This document shows positions 11,251-24,059 of a stretch of DNA of 64,000 bases, piece after piece; positions within the stretch are counted from its first letter, which is position 1, and each line of letters begins with the position of its first letter. The position numbers were made by a program, and so were the translations under genes. Where the stretch lies: assembly GCF_006345805.1 (NCBI RefSeq), contig NC_043014.1:41664001-41728000 (forward strand). Direction: 5' to 3'. The notes under the pieces were generated by a model, which did no database searches, had not been told where the DNA came from, and saw only the letters and a program-made list of their open reading frames with translations. This DNA comes from Octopus sinensis. Taxonomy: Eukaryota.

Positions 11251-12400
11251 TACATTTACATAAATTACAATTACCTGTTTCATGAAAAGTGAAAAGTACG
11301 GTTGTACCGAAAACCTAGTGCAGTTGTAAGTCATTTAATTATAAATGAACGTGCACTCACTATAATTATACATTGTGACTATTTGTTTAGCTTTACATAA
11401 GAGATTTTCCTAGGGTGATATTAACTTCTGTTTATATGTGTGCGTACACATGCATATATATATACATATATAATATATATGTGTGCGTGCATGTGTGTGT
11501 GTGTGTGGTGTGTGTGTGTGTGTGTGTGTATGGTAAGAAGCTTACTTCCCAACCTCATGGTTCCTGGTTCAGTCCTATATATACATGCATATATGGGTAT
11601 AGGACATAAAAAAAAAACGTTGAACACAATGAGAAACGAAAACATAAAATCAAAAACATAGAAACGAACTCTTTTTCAAACAACGAAAAAAAAAAAACAG
11701 TGAAACGAGACGTACAACATAAAGAATATTCCCCTACATCAGTTGTCCCTGTTTCATCTACTCCACGTCCCGAAGGCAAGGACAAGATGCAACTTTGTTG
11801 AAACAGTCCTTCCCGCAAAGCAAATTAAATAAAATTTGGAATTTTTATATGTAGGTGTGTACATATATGTATGTATATATGCATATATTTATATATTTTT
11901 TATATTATTATATAATCGAACACCACGCATCCTTTTCCAAGTAAGTTTTATCTTAATAATTAAGATGCGCATTCTTCTATATTTACTATCTCTTCTCTGT
12001 CTATCTCTCTCGCTCTCTTGTTCTTCATCCTTCCTGGTTTTCTCTCCCACCCTTCCCTATTCTTCTCCTTTCCTCTTCACCGTTCCCTCTATCTCACTCC
12101 TCCTCCTCGACTCTCTCGTCGCTGACACGTGACGAAAGATAAATCTGTCTTTCTGCCCACAACCTTCGAAAAGAAAGGACGTGCTTCTACTCTCTCCTTC
12201 ATAAGCTCGTCTTCCTAAAGTTCAAAAATATTTTTCTATCGTCTCGACTTAACAGCCCTCACCGTATGCTTTTACTGTTTTGTTCTCAATGTCCTGTTCT
12301 TGTTACAACTTTCATCCTCCGCAAAAAATTCCAAATTCTATTTAATTTGGTCTGAGATAAGGACTGTTTCAATGGAGTCGCGTCTTGTCCTTGCCTATAT

Positions 12401-12728
12401 ACGTGGCTCAGTGGTTAGAGCGTCGAGCTTACGATCGTGAGGTTGTGAGCTCGAATCCCGGACCGGGCTGCGTGTTGTGTTCTTGAGCAAGACACTTTAT
12501 TTCACGTTGCTCCAGTTTACTCAGCTGTAGAAATGAGTTGCGACGTCACAGGTGCCAAGCTGTATCGGCCCTTGCCTTTCCCTTGGACAACATTGGTGAC
12601 GTGGAGAGGGGAGGCCGGTATGCATGGGCGACTGCTGGTCTTCCATGAAACAACCTTGCCCAGACTTGTGCCTCAGAGAGTAACCCTCTAGGTGCAAACC
12701 CATGGTCAGTGTCTGACCGAAGGGGGTC
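12401..12728 (+). mobile_element. tRNA-derived CORE-like SINE (family G, tail 3)
   Basis: GTGGCTCAGTGGTTAGAGCG head; GTGTTCTTGAGCAAGACACTTTATTTCAC..CTCAGCTGTAGAAATGAG CORE-like block; tail shared with the 24811 and 43923 copies. Confidence 0.85.
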
Positions 12729-12738
12729 ACTATGTCAC

Positions 12739-12785
<47 letters not shown>

Positions 12786-12800
12786 ATATATATATATATA

Positions 12801-12861
<61 letters not shown>

Positions 12862-12863
<2 letters not shown>

Positions 12864-13020
12864 GACGGGTTTCGTTTCAGTTTCCATATACCAAATCCAC
12901 TCACAAAGCATTGGTCTGCTCGAGGTTATACTAGAAGGTATTTGTCTCAGCTGACATGCTGTGAGATTGAAGCCAGAGCCATGTGGTTGGGAAACAAGTA
13001 TCTTACCACCCACCCTCATA
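12862..13020 (-). mobile_element. SINE family B 5' half, degenerate
   Basis: Match to the family B head next to (TA)n. Confidence 0.7.
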
Positions 13021-13483
13021 CATTCATACATATATACATACGTTATTATGTCATTCTTCAGTTTTATTTCAAGATTCCTTGCCAATAGAGAAAGTGCCCG
13101 TTTCTAACGTAGATCCAAAGCTTCTTCATTGGAATTTCAACATCAACAACAGAGTACGTATGCATGTACGTATGCACATATGTATGTATATATGTATGGA
13201 TGCATGCACGTATTTATGTATGTACGTGTGCATGCATGCATGCACGTATGTATGTATATGTGTAGATTTGTATGCTTTGTTTTGATGTATGAATTCACAT
13301 GCATATAGGCGCATATCTAGACATGCTCATTGAAACTTCTGGAAAGTTGTACAGATCTTTACGGTTCCAGTGTGGGAACTGCATATATGTACAGATGTAT
13401 CTACGTACGTATGTAGTTTTCTCAACTTCATCCATTTTTATTTTCGAATATCATTCTCTTTTAATGCGGAACTATTATTTAGG

Positions 13484-13667
13484 TCTCTCTCCATGTTTCT
13501 GACTCTCCTTTATCCTTCCCTCTTTTTCTCCCTCTCTATCTTTCTCTCTGTCTCTGTGTCCCTCTCTGTCTATATTTCCTTTTCTCTCCCACTCTATGTC
13601 TTTCTGTCTGTCTGTCTTTCTCTATCCATCTCTCACTCTCCCACTTTCTCAGTCTTTTTCTCCGTTC

Positions 13668-13703
<36 letters not shown>

Positions 13704-13898
13704 CCTCTCTCTCTCTGTCACTCTCTTCCTTCTCTCCCTTAATGTCTGTCTCTGTTTCTCTTTTTTTCTCTCCCTCTCTTTGTCGTTCTGTTTCTCTTTG
13801 TGTCTTCCTCTCTCAGCTTCTCTCCCTCCCTTTCCCCACTTTGTCTTTCTATCCCGCTCTCTGTCCCTCTCTTTCTCCCTACCTACCCACCTACCTAC

Positions 13899-13994
<96 letters not shown>

Positions 13995-14095
13995 ATCTCC
14001 CTCTCTCTCTATCTGTCTTTCTGTCTCTCCTACTCTCTGCCTCTCTCTCTCTCTCTCTCTCTCTCCATCCCTCACCCTCCTTCTCTGGCTCTGGA
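13484..14095. repeat. Pyrimidine-rich low-complexity tract with (TC)n and (TATC)n
   Basis: Direct reading. Confidence 0.9.
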
Positions 14096-14740
14096 GCCCA
14101 CCTTTTCTAATATCTACTATTCAACAGCTACATAGCTTTCTTATCGTCCCACTTCTTCAGTCCGAAGCATTCAGTGATCAACTCTCGTTCATTTATTTAC
14201 TTATTCTTTTTATTTCTATTTTCTTTACTTATTTATTCATTTTCTCCGTTGATGTCTCCTAAACAACTCAATTAATTACTTTTTTTCTGACAGTTCATCC
14301 CTCCCAAGCCGTTACTTCAATGTGACCCTAAAAAGAAGAAAAAAAAAATCTTCATGAAAAAAAAAAAAAAAAAAAAAAAAAATAAATAAATAAATAAATA
14401 ACAATCTCCAGTGACAACAGTTCCGTCAGCGAACACAGGTAATTACCGCGTTACGCACAACCGTACTGTCAAATCACGTGACATTCTTTTCCCACCTTCC
14501 CGAGACTGCGTCAATTCGAATCTAGTCTTTCCTACGTTACGACGATAAATGTTTTTTGTTTTTGTTTTTGTTATTTGTTTTGTTCCGAGGAGAGCGTTAA
14601 AAGAAAGGGATTAGAGGCAATGCTGTTTTCATTATGTCATATATGTGTGACACGAATAACGATGATGATAGTCGTTAGATGTGATGGATTAACACTGTGA
14701 AGCTACATAATCCATCTAATAATCCTTAATAGCTGTCGTC

Positions 14741-14743
<3 letters not shown>

Positions 14744-14775
<32 letters not shown>

Positions 14776-15016
14776 GTGTGTGTATATGTATATGCCTCTT
14801 TCTCTCTCTCTCTCTCTGTATATATATATATATATATATAATATATATATAATATATATATATATATGTATGTATGTTATATATATATATATGTATGTAA
14901 TGTATATATATATATATGTATGTATGTATTATATATATGTGTATGTATGTATATATATATATGTATGTATGTATATATATATATGTAATGTATGTATATA
15001 AATATATATATGTATG

Positions 15017-15047
<31 letters not shown>

Positions 15048-15352
15048 CATGTATAGCTATGTATCTATATATATTATATATATATGTATGTATGTATATA
15101 TATATATATATATATAATGTATGTATGTATATTATATATGTGTATGTATGTATATATATATATGTATGTATGTATATATATATGTATGATATATGTAATA
15201 AATTATATATGTATGTAATATATATAATATATATATATATATGTATGCATGTATTATATGTATGTATATATATATATATATATATGTATTATGTAATATA
15301 TATTATATATATATATATGTATGTATGTATATATATATATAATATATATATG
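14744..15352. repeat. (TA)n/(TATG)n compound microsatellite
   Basis: Direct reading. Confidence 0.95.
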
Positions 15353-15709
15353 TTTGTTTTTTCTGGCTCAGGCGACACAGTGAGCAAAACAGTAGAAATA
15401 TACTCAAATACTACGATGATGATTGTATATAATTGGGTCTCGGTGAAGAGCGTGTATGTGTTGGCTCCGTCGATGTGTCCGTATTAATGGAATGTTAAAG
15501 TGCCTGAGTGTACCTATATATATATATATATAGGTGATAAATAAAAATATATGCATACATACAAACATATATGTACGTACCTACATCTACATGTAAATAT
15601 ACATGCATATATAAATAATTATACGTGAGTACAGGACATCACAATAAGACGTAGAAACGGAAAAAACCAAAAAAACAAAAAACAAGAAAACGAAAAACGA
15701 AAAACAAGA

Positions 15710-15744
<35 letters not shown>

Positions 15745-15780
15745 GACAGAGAGATAGATAGGTAGATAGATACGCGTGTG

Positions 15781-15814
<34 letters not shown>

Positions 15815-15902
15815 AAACGTGTGTGTTTGTACAAACGTATGTGTGTGCTCGTGTTTATCAGTTTTATTTTTTCTGAAATTCCTTGTTCCTAGTATTACGC
15901 TG

Positions 15903-15945
15903 CGCCGGTTGTCAAACGATGCTGGGTGACAAACACACAGAAACG

Positions 15946-15982
<37 letters not shown>

Positions 15983-16150
15983 GTACGACAGGCTTATTTT
16001 ATTTTCCGTCTTGCAAATCTACTCACAAGTCTTTCGCCGGCTCGCGGCTGCAGTAGAAGACGCTTGCCCAAGGTAGCACATTGTGGGACTGAATCCGCAA
16101 AAGTGTGGTTGGCAAGCAAATTTCATACCACACAGTTACACCAACACCTA
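15903..16150 (-). mobile_element. SINE family B partial, degenerate
   Basis: Match to the family B head and internal (CA)n. Confidence 0.7.
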
Positions 16151-16189
16151 TACATATATACTACGTGTGCGTCTATAATGGGAAGTTAT

Positions 16190-16422
16190 AAGGCGGCGAG
16201 CTGGCAGAAACGTTAGCACGCCGGGCGAAATGCGAAGCCGTATTTCGTCTGCCGTTACGTTCTGAGTTCAAATTCCGCCGAGGTCCACTTTGCCTTTAAT
16301 CCTTTCGGGGTCGATAAATTAAGTACCAGTTACGCACTGGGGTCGATGGAATCGACTTAATCCCTTTGTCTGTCCTTGTTTGTCCCCTCTGTGTTTGGGC
16401 CCTTGTGGGTAGTAAAGAAATA
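16190..16422 (+). mobile_element. SINE family A monomer (tail A), young
   Basis: Near-consensus copy; 16-bp TSD TATAATGGGAAGTTAT (16174-16189, 16423-16438). Confidence 0.92.
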
Positions 16423-16676
16423 TATAATGGGAAGTTATGTCTCAATGTATGGAGGGCTTTATAGTCTAGAGTATTTCTGAGTGTTCGCAGGGACAAGCTT
16501 GTGTCACTATACGACAGTGTGTATAGGTAATAGCATGTGTGTATGTGTGTCTGCGTATATAGATGAAAGTGCGTGATCACCTGTGTGCGTAAAAGAGAAT
16601 GTGTGTGTACGTATATGTGAGTATGTGTTACTACGCTTCCATGTTTGTTAGTGCGTACGGAAAAGACAATATGTAG

Positions 16677-17338
16677 TATTAGGTCATTCGGATCTTTTCG
16701 GTTTGAACGGCAGTTTTAAAAATAATTTCTAGGTAACTAAAAAATTTTAAACTTCGTATACTGGTAGAATGTGTTTATAAAACATCTTTTTCTATTGGCT
16801 TTATTAAGTAAATTCTATAGTTTGTAAGATATTTGTTCTTTTTTTCTTCAATTTCTGCAATTTCAACCAATCACGTGTATTGAGGTAAAAATCAATGACG
16901 TGTATTGAGGTAAAAAACATTCTGTGCCGTATGAATATGTCCCTCGTTTAAGAAACAGATTGGGTTTATTTACATCTGTGAAGAAAAAAAGGTACCCTTC
17001 TCCCCACCCCTAACCCTAACCTTAACCCTAACCCTAAAACAGATTGAAATGCAATAGATCGATACTAGGGTCATAATTATGGGTGACAATTTCAGATGAC
17101 ATCGCTAGAAAAAAATGTAAATTTTGAAGACGAAGTCAGAACTGTACTGGGGGAGTATTTTTCGAAACGGACAACTGAATTTTGGAAGAGGAGTCTTCTA
17201 ATCTTATCAGATAGATGGAAGGGCATTGTAGAAAATAAACGAGAGTATATTTTAGATTTAAAAAGAGAACTTTGTTTATCTAAATTTGAAAAATAAAAGA
17301 CATATAAAAAGCCGCATTTTTTATGAGATGACCTAATA
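16677..17338 (+). mobile_element. Mariner-like remnant (TIR tips + transposase C-terminus) interrupted by a (CCCTAA)n-bearing element
   Basis: TATTAGGTCAT (16677) is the inverse of ATGACCTAATA (17328-17338). 17114-17293 reads FEDEVRTVLGEYFSKRTTEFWKRSLLILSDRWKGIVENKREYI, like a mariner C-terminus. Confidence 0.7.
16690..17113. mobile_element. Telomeric-repeat-bearing non-autonomous element related to the 26193 foldback
   Basis: GGATCTTT start; shared blocks AAACTTCG..ACTGGTAGAATGTGT and ATTTCAACCAATCA..CGTGTATT; internal (CCCTAA)n at about 17008-17036. Confidence 0.7.
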
Positions 17339-17771
17339 TATATGTTTCTTTCTGTATATCAAAATGTGAGTTTGATTTTTACACTAAAATTGTAAACGAT
17401 CATTTTATGATTGTGTGCATGCATGAAAGTATGTATTCGCATTGCTGTTTATATATATTCTCTCTCTCTCTCTCTCACACACACACAAACAAGAGCGCTA
17501 ATAAGAAACTAGAATGACAAACACGGATTAAAAAAATTGTTATGGATTTCATTAGCTCACAGACGTTTCTGCAATAAGATTGAATGCACTCACAGTTGAG
17601 TGCACGTGCATCCCTCTATAGCTTCATCGGAGCTTCAAAAGTGTAATGTAAATTTATCTTGGACAGCAATATTCATGTGTGTGGGGTTTTATACATGTAT
17701 AAATAGATATGCATTCAATTTTTCAAGTATATATATATATATATATATATACATAAATGTATATTTGTATG

Positions 17772-17826
<55 letters not shown>

Positions 17827-18599
17827 CATACATGCATATACACATTTATGTATATATATATATATATATATATTTACATGCGGCACGTGCGCACACTCAC
17901 GTATACATGTATGCACACGTATTTATCTGTGTTATGCGTGCGTATATTTATGTGTTTCTGTGGTCTGTATATCGTTGAAAATCTAGATGTATATATATAT
18001 ATTTTTTTTTTTTGAGTCCGTATATTTATGAGCATTCATGTATTCGTGTGTATGCGAATGTCAAGGGCTGTGTTTAGCTTATGTCTGTACGTATTTAAGA
18101 AAGAGACTGATAGAAGGTGGTGGTGGGGGGGACGGGTGTTGAAAGGTGAAATAAGGATAATAAATAAACAAAGAAGTACCTAAATAAATAAATCAACTGG
18201 CCCATATATCAAGTGGGAACAAGACATTTGACCTTGCCAAGGCTATAAGTGCATGAACCTTCAAATGAGATCTGAAGAATTATTGTCCTCCTCACGCACG
18301 CTGCTTTAATTAATGGCAAGTGAGTGACGATTGATAGTTTTAGTTTATTAATCTGCTTTCCGACAACACTCCTATCAGCATGTCACTCTCTCTCTCTCTC
18401 TTTCGCTCTCTCTCGCTCTCTCTTTCTCTCTCCCTTAATCTCTTTCTCTGTCTCTCACTCTCTTGTGCTGCTAAATGCTAATTCTGTAGATTCTGGCTCA
18501 ATCCTTAACAGGAAATCCATTATATATCTATATATATATCTATATATATATATATCTATATATATATATCTATATCTATATATATATATATATACACAC

Positions 18600-18642
<43 letters not shown>

Positions 18643-18681
18643 TATGTATGTATATATATATATCATTATTGTAGAAGCGGC

Positions 18682-18953
18682 AAGGCGGCGAGCTGGCAGA
18701 ATCGTTAGCACGCCGGACGAAATGCTTTGTGGTATTTCGTCTGCCGCTGCGTTCTGTATTCAAATTCCGCCGAGGTCGACTTTACCTTTCATCCTTTCGG
18801 GGTCGATAAATTAAGTATTAGTGACGCACTGGGGCCGATATAATCGACTTAATCCGTTTGTCTGTCCTTGTTAGTCCCCTCCGTGTTTAGCCCCTTATGG
18901 GTAGTCAAGAAATAGGTATTTCATCTGTCGTTACGTTCTGAGTTCAAATTCCA
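18682..18953 (+). mobile_element. SINE family A with partial second unit
   Basis: Head-body-tailA, then AAGAAATA|GGTATTTC junction and a truncated body. Confidence 0.85.
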
Positions 18954-19130
18954 CGCTAGCGGTAATTATTAAAATTCTCGAGAAAAAAGAGAGGGAGATT
19001 ATTTCCATGAATTACGATTTTATTTCAGAAAATACATTTCTATGTTTAGGGGAAAATGTAGAATTCTATTTTTCTTTCTTGTTTTCTTTTTTAGAGAATA
19101 ACGGACAGATGAGAACCTGTTTCGAATTTA

Positions 19131-19781
19131 CTGGACTTCATCAAAATTATAAATTTCAACTGAAGTTTGAGAGCAAAAGAGTTAAATATTTTACCTCGTG
19201 TAAATCGTAAGATTAGAACCAAATTCATACTGATATAAGTGAGACAACTGTTATGTACCTATGGCGTTAATTTAGGTAACAAAAGGATGAAATAAACGTT
19301 CAACATATGTTAAAGAAATCTCTGTTTAATTAAAACTTCCTTCATAGTTAGAGGGATAAAACTAAAAGCGAGCATTGTTAAATACTCTCAAATAATAGGA
19401 GACAATTTTAATAACTCGGCAAAAATAATTACATTAAATTTATTTACACGTTAAAGAAATATCAACGGGCAGCAGGTTTATATTTTCTTCCTCCAGCTAG
19501 CATTGAAATTACAATCAAATACATTATTAATTTTATTCTTGTAGTTGTTGTTGTTGTTTTCGTAATCACAATTGTTATTGAGCTTACGGAATCTTTAGCA
19601 CGCAGGGTGAACAATGCTAAGCAGCATTTCGCCCGTTTTTGCGCCGAAGTTGTCTTTGCTTTCCATCCTCTCTGTGTCGATGAAATAAATACCCGTTGAG
19701 CACTGAGGTCGACAAAGACGACTGGCCTCCTCTTCACAAGATTTCAGAGATTGTGGCAATAGTAGAAAGGATTATTATTAC
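19131..19781 (+). repeat. Local segmental duplication copy 1 (copy 2 at 21250-21920), including an old SINE A
   Basis: Long colinear match starting CTGGACTTCATCAAAATT, e.g. ACAACTGTTATGTACCTATGGCGTTAATTTAGGTAACAAAAGGATGAAATAAACGTTCAACAT present in both copies. Confidence 0.9.
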
Positions 19782-19960
19782 CTTCGGCTTAGCGAAGGTG
19801 GTGGTATTGTTTTCACTCGTGTTTGTTTGTCGGTGGACAAGATATGTCAAGAACCGCTGCATGGATTCGGATGAAACTTTCAGGAATGTTTGGCCTCATG
19901 ACCGGCACAAGCTGATTAGATTTGGAGATCGATCTGGTACCGGACAAGGATTCTGAATTA
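19772..19960 (+). mobile_element. HINE/DINE-like (Helentron-associated) non-autonomous element fragment
   Basis: TTATTACCTTCG-GCTTAG-CGAAGG hairpin, then GGTATTGTTTTC..(GTTT)n..GATGAAACTTTCAGG..ATTAGATTTGG, the typical HINE layout. Confidence 0.6.
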
Positions 19961-20193
19961 CTTGTTAGATTTACTTTACATGATTACAATCTTACGTTGA
20001 CTTTCAAGTTTTTCTCATTTGTCTCCCTTTATTCTGTTTCCATAATTTTGTTTTCGTTTCTCTATTATCAGTTTTACTTGCGTTTCTGTCTTAGTAGAAA
20101 CTGATGAATAAAGAAATCAACCTACACTGACAAACGGCAACAAAACAGTTCAGAAAATATATAACACTAAGATATTTTTATAATATATATATA

Positions 20194-20224
<31 letters not shown>

Positions 20225-20314
20225 AGGCTCTGAATGACTGTCTGTTTTCCGTGTTCGTCAATTCGTGAATTTCACGTTCTTTATATATAAAGTTTTATTC
20301 CCTCTCTCTCTCTC

Positions 20315-20365
<51 letters not shown>

Positions 20366-20512
20366 TATACATACAGAAATTAGCGTGTGCTTCATGGAGT
20401 AGTTTGTGTTCGACAGGCATCATCGAACATCTACTAATTTTATAATTTTATTAAGAAGTTTCCAAAAGTGATTTTTTTATCGCTGAATCATTTGACTGGC
20501 AACATTGTAGAT

Positions 20513-21000
20513 CAGGGTTGAGGAAACATTTTAATGCGGCGGGAAAAATTTTCCAATGAGAGCGGTCCGCGAGCGGACCACAAGCTCTTACTCTTATATC
20601 TGGGTAAATTTTGTATATATTTAGGTATAATTCGATATATATTAACGAAGACAAGTTTAACACATTAAATTAACGTATCACATTTTCATTAACGTCGACA
20701 CTGAATTTAGGACTTTTATATTACTTGTGCGGTATTCTATATTTTTAAGCTATAGTGTAGTTGGGCCTCAAGGGGGTGGTACAAACTTAGCAATGTGTGT
20801 TTTATAGCGAAAACAAAATTTCCATTCAAATGGCAATTACTGAACGATTTCTGTTTGAGTGTAACCGTTTTAAGTCGTAGTGGAAACGCGACCCATGTCG
20901 CAAATAAACATACGAATATAGTATTAATGATATAATTGAAAAATTTGTATTTTGTACATATGTGTATATCGGCCTGCGGGCGGAGGGTTCCTCACCCCTG
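20513..21000. mobile_element. hAT-type MITE
   Basis: TIRs CAGGGTTGAGGAAAC / GGTTCCTCACCCCTG; perfect 8-bp TSD TTGTAGAT (20505-20512, 21001-21008). Confidence 0.88.
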
Positions 21001-21063
21001 TTGTAGATCATTCATTGGATCCCATTACACGGTGTTATCTGAAATTTTTTACTTAAATGATTA

Positions 21064-21250
21064 TTGATTAGTAAAATTACCGAAATACGACAATTTTAAC
21101 ACGAAATAACTTCGTAAATAGAAACGTTTCTCAACAACGCTAAGAGTAAAAGATGTTCTATATGACACATTCTACCAGTATACGAAGTTTCAAAGTGTTT
21201 AGTTAAAGAAAATTAATTAATCGAGCTGCACATGAAAAGGAAAGGATCCC
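21064..21250. mobile_element. Solo right arm of the telomeric foldback element family
   Basis: Aligns to 26667-26854 (ATTACCGAAATA..TATATGACACATTCTACCAGT..AAAGTGTTTAGTTA) and ends GGATCCC. Confidence 0.8.
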
Positions 21251-21920
21251 TGGACTTCATCAAAATTCTACATTCCAACTGAAGTTTGACAGAAAAAGAG
21301 TTAAATATTTTACCTCATGTAAATCATAAGATTAAAACCAAATTTATACTGATATAAGTGAAACAACTGTTATGTACCTATGGCGTTAATTTAGGTAACA
21401 AAAGGATGAAATAAACGTTCAACATTTCTTAAAGAAATCTCAGTTTAATTAAAATTTCCTTCATAGTTAGAGGGATAAAACTAAAAATGAGCATTGTTAA
21501 ATGCTCCCAAATAATAGGAGACAATTTTAATAACTCGGCAAAAATAATTACACTAAATTTATTTACACGCTAAAGAAATATCAACGGGCAGCAGGTTTAT
21601 ATTTTCTTCCTCCAGCTAGGATTGAAATGGCAATCAAATTGATTATTAATTTTATTCTTGTAGTTGTTGTGCTTGCTTTTGTAATTACTATTGTTACTGA
21701 GCTGTCGGAATCTTTATAGCGCGCAATGTGAAAAGTGCTAAGCGGCATTTTGCCCGTCTTTGCGAGGGGAGTTCTAATTCCGACGAAGACGCTTTTGCTT
21801 TCCATCCTCTCTGTGTCGATGAAATAAGTACCCGTAGAGCACTGGGGTCCACAAAGTCAACTGACCACCTCTCCACAATATTTCGGGGACTGTGACAATA
21901 CTAGAAAGGATTATTATTAC
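21250..21920 (+). repeat. Local segmental duplication copy 2
   Basis: See 19131-19781. Confidence 0.9.
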
Positions 21921-21929
21921 TATTATTAT

Positions 21930-22065
21930 TTCAAATTCCACCGAGGTCAACTTGGCCTTTCATCCTTTCGAGGTCGATGAAATAAGTACCAGTTATGCAC
22001 TGGGGTCAATGTAATCGACTATCCTCCTCCCCACAAAACTTTCAAGGCTTTATGCCTGGAGTAGA

Positions 22066-22114
<49 letters not shown>

Positions 22115-22125
22115 TAATAATAATA

Positions 22126-22161
<36 letters not shown>

Positions 22162-22345
22162 GTGTTTTATATTTTTATAATGAAATCTGTTGAATCGTTA
22201 CCTAAGAATCGCGCCGGAAAAAAAATTATTAGCAACATTTTTCCCAGGATCTTCACGTCCTGAGTTAAAATTCCGCCGAGGTCGACATCGCCTTTCATCC
22301 TCTCGACGTCCATGAAATAAGTGCCAGTTGATTGTTGGGGTCGAA
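21930..22345 (+). mobile_element. Two partial SINE A copies separated by (AAT)n(ATT)n
   Basis: Core motif GCCTTTCATCCT..GTCGATGAAATAAGT occurs twice; microsatellite at 22067-22162. Confidence 0.7.
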
Positions 22346-22369
22346 GTAATGCAGTTACATTGAAATACC

Positions 22370-23250
22370 AAGGCAACAGTGTCAGAGATAAGGCGTGTTC
22401 TATGAGACGCGAAGGAACTAAAACCATTTGATGGTCAAAACGTTAGAGCTACAACGTGGCAACAAAGTCACAATTCGGTTTTCGTTGGGCCATGATGAGC
22501 ATGTTCAAATCGAACCCAGGCTTATACGCCCGGCCTTTTACTGGTATTTTACTCATATGTTCAGTGGGGTTGGTAGGTAGGACAGCAGAATGGGCGTCAA
22601 TGTGTAATTCGACGGCCTGCCACGACTCCAAGCAACGGAAATGGAGTGTTGCGAAAAAATCGATAACAGCCACGGATATAAAAGAAGCAATGGCTAATTG
22701 CACGAGTGGCAAACACGATTGGCTTTGATGATCTATCGTACAAGCTGAACTCTACGTTTATATTCCCGGTTTCTTCCGGAACCTGTCGACAGGTTTCTTC
22801 CCTAGCTGGCTGCAGAACAAAGAAATACCCTTTTCTATGAGTTTAAGAGTTGTAGCACTGCTGAGAAAAGACCCAAACAAGGGGAACCACATTGATAATT
22901 GTATGAAATAGCTCTGCTAATCGCAGATTTCAAAATTTACGGTATGGTATTAGTGAAGGCAATGAATCTTTCGTGGGTAAGTGACAAGCTAATATAAACC
23001 ATCTCAAAACATACTTCGCATCATATGACACATTGTAGGAGATGATGGGTAAGGAATCGGCCAAACTTTCTATAGAGTCAACCACCAATATTTAACGGCT
23101 GTAAAGACGGAGGCTGGTTTCAACCATACTTTGAAGGGCTGGATCACCACGATGTATTCTGCTCGGAGGTCAGAGTAAATAGCCAGTTATCGGATCCTTT
23201 CAGTATCATGCACGCAACTCATCATGGTTGTATTCTCACGTACCTTTCTA
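22370..23250 (+). pseudogene. Decayed L1/Tx1-clade ORF2 reverse transcriptase
   Basis: Across frameshifts reads ITATDIKEAMANCTSGK..GFDDL..VVALLRKDPNKG..IALLIADFKI..RVNHQYL..WITTMYS..VRVNSQLSDPFSI..GC, matching non-LTR RT domains 0-4 of Tx1/L1 type. Confidence 0.75.
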
Positions 23251-23263
23251 TATATATGTATAT

Positions 23264-23297
<34 letters not shown>

Positions 23298-24059
23298 ATA
23301 TATATCCTATCCAAAGCAACTACAGCGGAAAAGGGGAGGTCCTGAAGGAGACCACGAGCAAACTAGAATGCTAAAAATCTGTGTCAATATAGAGTATGCG
23401 TAAATGTTATAACATAAATGTTATAACATAAAAAGCCTTAACAATTTGCGAACAAAGCTTTAAACTACCAATCAGGTTGTACTACAGATACTTATCCCAA
23501 TAATCTACTTTTATAAACGTTGCCAATATCTCTAATATATTTCCTGTCTAGAAAAACTACTATTATCTACTACATTGTAATAATTAGAAGCGTGATTAAA
23601 ATGTTCTCCTCGGTATATGCATTATATATCTGTCTAATATTACTGATAAGATATTAATTATTTTTGATGGCTATAGAATGAAAATTGATGTTAAGGATTA
23701 GAATATATATTAATGGCTAGAATTTATATTAATGTTTAAAATTTATATTAATGGTTATCATTTGTATTAATGCACTGCTATTCCTAATTCGGTTTACTAT
23801 AAGAACAGTATTTGACATTATCTAAATTTAAAACTATATGTAGCGAATTGAAAATAGATTGCTGCTAACTTGAATACTAGGTTTCACTTCTATATATCTA
23901 ATGATAAGATCTTTGGTAGCAGTATTGATACTCTGGTCATTTATATCTGTAATCTTTCATTACAGTATAAACTCCAAAGAGGAAGATCAAATATACGTTG
24001 CAACTTACTTGCAGATATTGCTATGGTCTCATTCTAGACCATAGCAATATCGGTTTCTA

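Noticed and set aside
22067-22162. (AAT)n(ATT)n palindrome as a structured RNA
   Set aside because: Explained by abutting simple-repeat tails.
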